From NCBI GenBank assembly GCA_020851235.1, contig JADZDD010000001.1:54619-118618 (forward strand): 64,000 bases of DNA, read 5' to 3'. A program made the translations under genes and the position numbers. Each line of letters opens with the position of its first letter. The stretch's first letter is position 1. The DNA is from Burkholderiales bacterium. Lineage in GTDB: Bacteria > Pseudomonadota > Gammaproteobacteria > Burkholderiales > Casimicrobiaceae. Under the pieces are notes generated by a model. It was not told the origin of the DNA. It saw only the letters and a list, made by a program, of their open reading frames with translations, and ran no database searches. Of this stretch, positions 54,331 through 64,000 are shown in pieces.

Positions 54331-55118
54331 TTTGCCGTCCGCTGCCGGCGGACGAGTTCGAAGAGAACGACCGCCGCCGCCGCTGCGGCGTTGAGCGATT
54401 CCATGCCTCCGGGCATCGGGATCGTGACGGTGCAATCGGCAGTTGCCGCGAGCGCCGGCGACAGTCCGGCACCTTCGTTGCCGATCGCGATGGCCCACGG
54501 GGCGGCGAGCGGCGTCGCGTACAGGTCGCTGCCGCCGGCAACACCGGTCGCCACGACGGTGCCACCGGTGGCCCGGAACGCCCGAGCCCACGCGACGAGG
54601 TCGACATCCTCGGTCACCGTCAGGAGGAAGTGCGCGCCCTGCCCGGCGCGCAGCGCCTTCGGCGACCACGCCGACGCCCCTTCCTTCGACAGGAGAGCCG
54701 CATCGACACCCGCGGCAGCCGCGGTGCGCAGGATGGTGCCGAGGTTGCCCGGGTCCTGCACCCCGTCGAGAAGGATGTGGCGCGCCTGCGCGGGATCCGC
54801 GCGTGGTGGCGGCAGCGACACGACGGCGAGCACGCCAACGTCCGGTGAGGTGGCCGCAACGCTGGCCATGATCGACCGCGGCGCGTGAATGACGTCCTTT
54901 GGCGGCAGCGCGCGCACGAGTGCCGCCACCGCCGGTCGCGTCTCGACGCCTTCCAGCACGACGAGCGTGCGAGGCACGTTGCCCCGGGCGAGGCAGAGCG
55001 TCACGAGGTGCTCGCCCTCGAGCACGCAACGGCCGCTCTTGCGGCGCGCGCGCGCCGAGGTGAGGAGGCGGCGAACTTCGACGAGGCGCGGATTGTCGCG
55101 CGAGCTGACGTGCGGCAC
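54300..55118 (-). CDS. TrmH/SpoU-family RNA 2-prime-O-methyltransferase
   Basis: LLDGVQDPGNLGTILRTAAAAG, IAIGNEGAGLS and IPMPGGMESLNAAAAAAVVLFE are SpoU motifs 1-3. The GTG start at 55118 was chosen so as not to overlap ftsB. The 3-prime end overlaps the convergent gene by 31 nt. Confidence 0.8.
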   Translation of the reverse strand: MPHVSSRDNPRLVEVRRLLTSARARRKSGRCVLEGEHLVTLCLARGNVPRTLVVLEGVETRPAVAALVRALPPKDVIHAPRSIMASVAATSPDVGVLAVVSLPPPRADPAQARHILLDGVQDPGNLGTILRTAAAAGVDAALLSKEGASAWSPKALRAGQGAHFLLTVTEDVDLVAWARAFRATGGTVVATGVAGGSDLYATPLAAPWAIAIGNEGAGLSPALAATADCTVTIPMPGGMESLNAAAAAAVVLFELVRRQRTANYGCTQSSEK

Positions 55119-55132
55119 GGCCCGGCGTACCG

Positions 55133-55456
55133 CTAGCGCGCGGTCCCTCGCGGCGGTGCCTTCGCCGCCGGTGCCGGAAGGGTGGCCCCACGCTGGAGCT
55201 GGAAGAACACCTCGTCCGACCGGATCATGCCGAGTTCCGCGCGGGCGCGTTCCTCGATCGCTTCGGAGCCGGTCTTCAGATCGCGCACGTCGGCGTCGAG
55301 CGCCGCATTGCGTGCCTTGAGCCCGAGGTTGGTCTCGCGCTGGAGCGCGAGCTGGCGATCCGTCTCGCGGACCTGCAGCCAGCCGCCCTTCCCGAGCCAC
55401 ATCGGGTATTGCAGCCCGACGATCAGCGCCACGAAGACGAGGGCGAGCCAGCGCAC
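55133..55456 (-). CDS. ftsB: Cell division protein FtsB
   Basis: [26 protein letters not shown] is followed by a coiled coil. The position immediately downstream of eno is the conserved one. Confidence 0.88.
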   Translation of the reverse strand: MRWLALVFVALIVGLQYPMWLGKGGWLQVRETDRQLALQRETNLGLKARNAALDADVRDLKTGSEAIEERARAELGMIRSDEVFFQLQRGATLPAPAAKAPPRGTAR

Positions 55457-55462
55457 GGCGTG

Positions 55463-56764
<1,302 letters not shown>

Positions 56765-57640
56765 CTAGGATCGGGATTCGGTGGCGACACCTCGCGCCGG
56801 CGCGAGCAGGTCGGCTTCGGCGAAGGCGCGGCGCTTCACGACGGCGTCGAGTTCCAGCAAGGTCTCGAGGAGCTCGCGCATGCGCGACAGCGGCCAGGCA
56901 TTGGGGCCGTCCGACAGCGCGGCGTCGGGGTTGGGGTGCGTTTCCATGAACACGCCGGCCACCCCGGCGGCGACGGCCGCGCGCGCGAGCACCGGCACGA
57001 ACTCGCGGCGTCCGCCCGAGGCCGTGCCGCGGCCGCCGGGAAGCTGCACCGAGTGGGTGGCGTCGAAGACGACGGGACAGCCGGTCTCCCGCATGATCGC
57101 AAGCGAGCGCATGTCGGAGACGAGATTGTGGTAGCCGAACGACACGCCACGCTCGCACACCATGATGTTGTCGGTGCCACTTGCCGCACGCGCCTTGCGC
57201 ACGACCTGGAGCATGTCCTCGGGAGCGAGGAACTGGCCCTTCTTGATGTTCACCGGCTTGCCCGCCGCCGCGACCGCCTGGATGAAGTCGGTCTGCCGGC
57301 ACAAGAACGCGGGCGTTTGCAGCACATCGACGACTTCCGCCACTGCCGCGACCTCGTCGCTCGTGTGGACGTCGGTGAGAACCGGCACCTCGACGTGCTT
57401 GCGCACGTCGGCCAGGATGCGCAGGCCCGCGTCCATGCCGAGACCGCGAAAGGCATCGACCGCGCTCCGGTTCGCCTTGTCGTACGACGACTTGAAGATG
57501 AACGGCAGGTCGAGCGAGGCGCAGATCGCCTTCAGCTCCCCCGCGACGTCCATCTGGAGCTGGCGCGACTCGATCACGCACGGCCCGGCGATGACGAAGA
57601 GGCGCCGATCGAGCCCGACCTCGTAACCGCAAAGCCTCAT
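56765..57640 (-). CDS. kdsA: 3-deoxy-8-phosphooctulonate synthase
   Basis: [53 protein letters not shown] and FMETHPNPD are present. Confidence 0.94.
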   Translation of the reverse strand: MRLCGYEVGLDRRLFVIAGPCVIESRQLQMDVAGELKAICASLDLPFIFKSSYDKANRSAVDAFRGLGMDAGLRILADVRKHVEVPVLTDVHTSDEVAAVAEVVDVLQTPAFLCRQTDFIQAVAAAGKPVNIKKGQFLAPEDMLQVVRKARAASGTDNIMVCERGVSFGYHNLVSDMRSLAIMRETGCPVVFDATHSVQLPGGRGTASGGRREFVPVLARAAVAAGVAGVFMETHPNPDAALSDGPNAWPLSRMRELLETLLELDAVVKRRAFAEADLLAPARGVATESRS

Positions 57641-57718
57641 CGGCCACCCGCGAACGGAAGCGATGGGTCGTGGTGATGCCGGGGCTTCGTACCTGCCTGC
57701 ATCGCGGATGGGGCCTTT

Positions 57719-59494
<1,776 letters not shown>

Positions 59495-60889
59495 TCAGAC
59501 GCTCGCGAGCCCCGCGACGATCCGCGCGCGCACCGTCTCGCGCGGCAGCAGCGCGAGCACGGCGTCGATGGCCGGCGTGTGTCCGGTCCCGCTCACCAGC
59601 CAGCGCACCGGCATCATGATCTCGCCCGCCTTCACCTTGTGCTCGGCGGCGACCGCCTTGAGCAGTGCGCCCAGCGCTTCCCGGGTCCACGCGACCGCAC
59701 CGAGTCGTTGCTCGAGGTCGGTGACGCCGGCGCGCACCGCCGGCGTCAGGAGTTCGCGCAGCCCGTCGCGGGGCACCGCCGGCGTCCGGTAGAAATAGTG
59801 CGCGGCATCCGCCATCGCGACGAGGGTCGACACCCGGTCGCGCAGCAGCACGGCGACGGCGCCGGCATCGGGGCCGGCCGCCGGGTCGAGACCGGCACGC
59901 ACGAGATACGGGATGAGGCTGCGCCCGAGCGCTTCGGGCGCCATGCGCTTCATGTGCTCCTGGTTGACCCAGGCGAGCTTGTCGGCGTTGAAGCGCGACG
60001 GCGCCGGGCTGATGCCGGCCAGGTCGAACCACGCGACGAGCTCGTCACGGCTGAAGATCTCGGCGTCGCCGTGCGCCCAGCCGATGCGCGCGAGGAAGTT
60101 GACCATCGCGGCCGGAAGATAGCCGCTCGCCTCGTACTCCATGACGCTCACCGCACCGTGGCGCTTCGACAGCTTGGCGCCGTCCTCCCCGAGTACCGTG
60201 GGAACATGCGCGTACTGCGGCGGCACGAGGCCGAGCGCGCGGAAGATGTTGATCTGCCGTGGCGTGTTGTTGACGTGGTCGTCGCCGCGGATGACGTGCG
60301 TGATCTGCATGTCGGCGTCGTCGACCACGACGCAGAAGTTGTAGGTCGGCGTGCCGTCGCTGCGGGCGATGACGAGGTCGTCCAACTCGGCATTGGCGAA
60401 CTCGATGCGCCCCTTGACGGCATCGTCCCAGACGACACTGCCGGCGTCCGGATTGCGGAATCGGATGACCGGTGCGACGCCGGTCGGCGGCGCGCGCCCC
60501 GCCGCCCGCTCCGGACGCCAGCGACCGTCGTAACGAGGCTTTTCGCCACGTGCCATCTGCGCGTCGCGCAGCGCCGCCAGCTCGTCGGGGGTCATGTAGT
60601 CGCGATAGGCGAGACCGCGAGCCAGCATGTCGTCGATCACGGCGCGATAGCGCGCCATCCGCTCGCTTTGATAGAACGGCCCCTCGTCGTAGTCGAGACC
60701 GAGCCAGGCCATGGCGTCGAGGATCGCCTGCACGGCCTGCGGCGTCGAACGCTCGCGATCGGTATCCTCGATGCGCAGGATGAAGGCGCCCTGCTGGTGG
60801 CGGGCGAAGGCCCAAGCAAAAAGCGCGGTGCGGGCGCCGCCGAGATGCAGGTAGCCGGTCGGGCTGGGAGCGAAGCGGGTGCGAATCAT
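59495..60889 (-). CDS. gltX: Glutamate--tRNA ligase
   Basis: MIRTRFAPSPTGYLHLGGARTALF is the HIGH-type motif. RIEDTDRERS and KLSKRHG (KMSKS-type) are also present. Length is 464 aa. The ATG is at 60889. Confidence 0.93.
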   Translation of the reverse strand: MIRTRFAPSPTGYLHLGGARTALFAWAFARHQQGAFILRIEDTDRERSTPQAVQAILDAMAWLGLDYDEGPFYQSERMARYRAVIDDMLARGLAYRDYMTPDELAALRDAQMARGEKPRYDGRWRPERAAGRAPPTGVAPVIRFRNPDAGSVVWDDAVKGRIEFANAELDDLVIARSDGTPTYNFCVVVDDADMQITHVIRGDDHVNNTPRQINIFRALGLVPPQYAHVPTVLGEDGAKLSKRHGAVSVMEYEASGYLPAAMVNFLARIGWAHGDAEIFSRDELVAWFDLAGISPAPSRFNADKLAWVNQEHMKRMAPEALGRSLIPYLVRAGLDPAAGPDAGAVAVLLRDRVSTLVAMADAAHYFYRTPAVPRDGLRELLTPAVRAGVTDLEQRLGAVAWTREALGALLKAVAAEHKVKAGEIMMPVRWLVSGTGHTPAIDAVLALLPRETVRARIVAGLASV

Positions 60890-61151
60890 GGCAGGAGGAG
60901 GAAGGAGTCGGCCGTCATTGTCGCAAATACGCCCGTCCCCGCCGCCCGCCGGGAACACGATCCGGCCCAGACGCCAGGCCGCGCCGGCGGTGGTTGCAGA
61001 CGATCCGGCGACGGACTTTGCGTTGCAGACCAAGCATTTGGTGCGAAATCGGTTCGTCCGACGATACGATTGGGCGGTCGATCGTGCGCAATGTGCACCG
61101 ACATGGTGCACGATTGTCCTGGACAAATCGGAGGACGACCGGCCGGGACAT

Positions 61152-61180
61152 TTGCCGAAGCCCGGCCGCTATGGTTAAAT
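61152..61180 (+). promoter_or_regulatory. Possible promoter of tRNA-Val (TTGCCG - 17 nt - TTAAAT)
   Basis: The -35 is at 61152-61157 and the -10 at 61175-61180, 24 nt before the tRNA 5-prime end. Prediction is by eye only. Confidence 0.45.
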
Positions 61181-61203
61181 CCAAGCTCCTGTCTGGGTTC
61201 GCG

Positions 61204-61278
61204 GGGCGTTTAGCTCAGCGGTAGAGCACTCCCCTCACACGGGAGGGGTCGCTGGTTCGAACCCAGCAATGCCCACCA
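61204..61278 (+). tRNA. tRNA-Val (anticodon CAC)
   Basis: GGGCGTTTAGCTCAGCGGTAGAGCACTCCCCTCACACGGGAGGGGTCGCTGGTTCGAACCCAGCAATGCCCACCA gives a cloverleaf with anticodon loop CUCACAC and TPsiC GGTTCGAAC. CCA is encoded. Confidence 0.93.
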
Positions 61279-61289
61279 CACTGAACCGA

Positions 61290-61319
61290 GGGTTGCGCGC
61301 AAGCGCAACCCTTTTTTTT
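61290..61319 (+). terminator. Rho-independent terminator after tRNA-Val
   Basis: GGGTTGCGC-GCAA-GCGCAACCC is followed by TTTTTTTT. Confidence 0.85.
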
Positions 61320-61391
61320 GGTTCTTCGCGCGGCGCTGCGAGCGGGTCGCCGCACCGCTCGACCCGCATCGCGTCTCGCGCCACCGGTGAC

Positions 61392-62159
61392 CTACGGCAT
61401 GAGCTGGCCACCGTTGACCTCGATCACCTGTCCGGTGACGTAACCCGACAGTGCGTCCGAGGCGAGGTAGAGCAAGGTCCCGGCGCATTCCTCGGCGGTG
61501 CCGATCCGGTTCATCGGGATGGTCGCCTGCATCGCCGCCATCTGCGCCGGCGTCGAATAGCGATCGTGGAACGGGGTGGCGATGACCCCCGGGGCGAGCG
61601 CGTTGACGCGAATGTTGTCGTTGACAAGTTCCTTCGCCCATCCGTGCGTCGCGGTCGAGACGAAACCCTTGGCGCTCGCGTAGAGAACCGACCCGCCGCC
61701 GCCGCCGTTGCGCGCCGCAATCGACGTCACGTTGATGATGTTGCCGCCCTTTTGCCGCTTCATGATGGGCACCACCTCGCGCACGAACACCGCGACCTGC
61801 GTGCAGTTGAGCGCCAGGACGCGATCGATGTGCTCGACCGTGTAGTCGGCGATCGCCACACGCCCGAGCATGCTGCCGGCGTTGTTGACGAGGACGTCGA
61901 TGCGCCCGCCGAAGGCGGCCAGCGATTCGGCAACGATGCGCTTGATCTCGTCCTCGCGCGTCACGTCGCCGCCGACGGCGACCGCCTGGCCACCCTGCGC
62001 CTTGATGTCGGCGACCACCTTGGCCGCGGCGTCGCGGCTCGCGTTGTAATGCACGATCACCTTGGCTCCCGCGCCGGCGAACGCGCGGGCGGCGGCGGCA
62101 CCGATGCCGGTCGACCCCCCCGTGATGAGCACCACCTTGCCTGCGATATCGCTTGTCAT
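61392..62159 (-). CDS. SDR-family oxidoreductase (255 aa)
   Basis: VVLITGGSTGIGAAAA, NNAG and YASAKGFVSTATHGWAKE (YxxxK) are present. The SD GAGGAGA precedes the ATG at 62159. Confidence 0.88.
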   Translation of the reverse strand: MTSDIAGKVVLITGGSTGIGAAAARAFAGAGAKVIVHYNASRDAAAKVVADIKAQGGQAVAVGGDVTREDEIKRIVAESLAAFGGRIDVLVNNAGSMLGRVAIADYTVEHIDRVLALNCTQVAVFVREVVPIMKRQKGGNIINVTSIAARNGGGGGSVLYASAKGFVSTATHGWAKELVNDNIRVNALAPGVIATPFHDRYSTPAQMAAMQATIPMNRIGTAEECAGTLLYLASDALSGYVTGQVIEVNGGQLMP

Positions 62160-62241
62160 CGTTGTCTCCTCTTCGGTTGATGTTGGGATGGATGCGCCCT
62201 CGCCGCGCGGGCCCGACGGGCCGCCGCGGGGGCGCGCTGGA

Positions 62242-63153
62242 TCAGGATGCGACTTCGCTCGCCTCGTGCTCGCTGCGGCACGCGGCCACCGCCTCACGCA
62301 GCGCAGTCACCGCATCCGGCCGCGGAAAGCTGCGCCGGTACGCCAGTGCGATGCGCCGCGTCGGTGCGGGGCGGGCAAACGGCACCGGCACCACGAGGCG
62401 GCTGTGATACTTGGGCGTCAGGGCGTCGCGCGGGAGCACCGAGATGCCGAGCCCCGACGCCACCATGTTGCGGATGGTCTCGAGCGAATTGGTCCGGGGC
62501 ACGTGCGTGTCGGCGCGATTGAGTTCGGGGCACGAATCGAGCACCTGGTCGCGAAAGCAGTGCCCGACGTTGAGCAGGATCGTGTTCTCGCCGGCGAGTT
62601 CGGAGGCCTGGACCGCCTTGCGCCTTGCCCACTTGTGCGCGGCGGGAACCACGACCTGAAACGGCTCCTCGTAGAGAAACTCGGTGACCACCCCGGGTGG
62701 CGCGAACGGCAGCGCGACGACCGCGACGTCGAGGCGGCCGGACTTGAGCCCGACCTCCAGGTTCTCGGTGAGGTTCTCCTCGATGTCGAGCGGCATCTGC
62801 GGCGCCCGTTCGTGCAGCGCCGGAATGAGGTCCGGCAGGAGGTAGGGCGCGACGGTGTAGATCACCCCGAGCGCCAGCGGGCCATTGAGCTGGTTGCGGC
62901 CGGACTGCGCGATCTCGCGAATCCGCGACGACTCCTCGAGCACCCGCTGCGCCTGCTCGACGATCCGCTCGCCGACGGGGGTCACCGTCACCTCGCTCTT
63001 GCCGCGCTCGAAGACCTGCGTGCCCAGCTCCTCCTCGAGCTTCTGGATCGCGACCGACAACGCGGGCTGGCTCACGAAGCACTTCTGCGCGGCACGGCCG
63101 AAGTTGCGCTCCTGCGCGACGGCGACGAGATAGCGAAGTTCGTTGAGCGTCAT
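62242..63153 (-). CDS. oxyR: Hydrogen peroxide-sensing LysR-family regulator OxyR
   Basis: MTLNELRYLVAVAQERNFGRAAQKCFVSQPALSVAIQKLEEELG is collinear with E. coli OxyR. The redox pair is conserved in GHCFRDQVLDSCPEL (Cys199/Cys208 equivalents). Confidence 0.85.
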   Translation of the reverse strand: MTLNELRYLVAVAQERNFGRAAQKCFVSQPALSVAIQKLEEELGTQVFERGKSEVTVTPVGERIVEQAQRVLEESSRIREIAQSGRNQLNGPLALGVIYTVAPYLLPDLIPALHERAPQMPLDIEENLTENLEVGLKSGRLDVAVVALPFAPPGVVTEFLYEEPFQVVVPAAHKWARRKAVQASELAGENTILLNVGHCFRDQVLDSCPELNRADTHVPRTNSLETIRNMVASGLGISVLPRDALTPKYHSRLVVPVPFARPAPTRRIALAYRRSFPRPDAVTALREAVAACRSEHEASEVAS

Positions 63154-63178
63154 GGCGCGTGGCGGGACGGCGTGGCGC

Positions 63179-64000
63179 CTACTTGCCCCGCGCGGCGAGG
63201 AAGCGCGCGAATTCCTCGCCCGTCTCGGGGTGCTTCAGCCCGAGCTCGACCGTGGCCTCGAGATAACCCTGCTTGCGCCCGCAGTCGTAGCGGCGCCCGT
63301 CGAAGCGATACGCGACGACGCGCTCCTTCGCCATGAGGCGGGCGATGGCGTCGGTGAGCTGGATCTCGCCGCCCGCACCCGTGCCGAGCGCGCGCAGGTG
63401 CTCGAAGATGGTCGGCGTCAGCACGTAACGACCGACGACGGCAAGGGTGGACGCCGTGGTTCCCGGCTTGGGCTTCTCGACGATGCGCGTCATCGCCGCG
63501 ACGCGCTCTCCCGGGCGCATCTCGCGCGTCTCGACGATGCCGAAGCTTCCGACGTCGGCGGCGGCCACGTCCATCACGCCGACCGTGGACACGTTCTCGC
63601 GCCGCGCGACGTCGACCATCTGCCGCATGACGGGAACCTCGGCGTCGATGAGGTCGTCGGCGAGGATCACCGCGAAGGGCTCATCGCCCACGACCGGCGC
63701 CGCGCACAGCACCGCGTGACCCAAGCCCAGCGCTTCGGCCTGACGGATGTAGATGCAGTTGATGCCCGGAGGCGTCGCGTCGCGGACCTGTTCGAGCAGC
63801 GCGGACTTGTTGCGCAGGGCGAGCTCGGTTTCGAGTTCGTAGGCCTTGTCGAAGTGATCCTCGATCGCGCGCTTGTTGCGCCCGGTGATGAAGATCATGT
63901 CGGTGATGCCGGCCGCCGCCGCCTCCTCGACGGCGTACTGGATGAGCGGCTTGTCGACGACCGGCAGCATCTCCTTGGGGCTCGCCTTGGTGGCGGGAAG
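63179..64000 (-). CDS. galU: UTP--glucose-1-phosphate uridylyltransferase, 5-prime end outside the window
   Basis: ...[27 protein letters not shown]..., VEKP and the C-terminal [11 protein letters not shown] are present. The reading frame is open to the window edge. Confidence 0.9.
   Translation of the reverse strand, partial: LPATKASPKEMLPVVDKPLIQYAVEEAAAAGITDMIFITGRNKRAIEDHFDKAYELETELALRNKSALLEQVRDATPPGINCIYIRQAEALGLGHAVLCAAPVVGDEPFAVILADDLIDAEVPVMRQMVDVARRENVSTVGVMDVAAADVGSFGIVETREMRPGERVAAMTRIVEKPKPGTTASTLAVVGRYVLTPTIFEHLRALGTGAGGEIQLTDAIARLMAKERVVAYRFDGRRYDCGRKQGYLEATVELGLKHPETGEEFARFLAARGK

Overview
Very GC-rich proteobacterial chromosome segment (roughly 70 percent GC by eye, not computed). 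Gene content and synteny look betaproteobacterial, Burkholderiales- or Rhodocyclales-like: ihfB-lapA-lapB-pyrF, ribF-ileS-lspA-ispH, gltX plus pyrG-kdsA-eno-ftsB, a Bug/TctC-type binding protein and a TRAP transporter. I can support about 60 protein-coding genes, 3 tRNAs (Glu-UUC, Ala-GGC, Val-CAC), several promoters and terminators read by eye, and one riboswitch-like element. I saw no rRNA, CRISPR array, transposase, integrase or phage genes. Many long ORFs in the supplied track are antisense shadow ORFs typical of high-GC DNA, and I ignored them. Most of the window is housekeeping. Five things stand out. (1) A yybP-ykoY (Mn2+) riboswitch-like element with its own promoter points into a LysR-type regulator rather than into the adjacent, divergent TerC-USP fusion gene. 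(2) A LexA-like S24 repressor appears to be leaderless and carries two GAAC-N4-GTTC (Cheo-type) palindromes, one in the promoter spacer and one just after the start codon. It heads a small island with a J-domain-like protein lacking HPD, a Cys4 small protein and two long perfect hairpins, next to addBA. (3) An operon encodes an outer-membrane beta-barrel, a 1359-aa secreted G8/beta-helix protein that looks CEMIP/TMEM2-like, and a 60-aa ORF. (4) Short patches of AT-ending rare codons sit exactly on the most conserved peptide motifs of radA and ppsA. (5) An intrinsic-terminator-like hairpin lies 15 nt upstream of the ppsA start, and an HTH gene and a PHP gene are inserted between ppsA and ppsR. 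All family assignments come from reading the translated ORFs. No database search was run.
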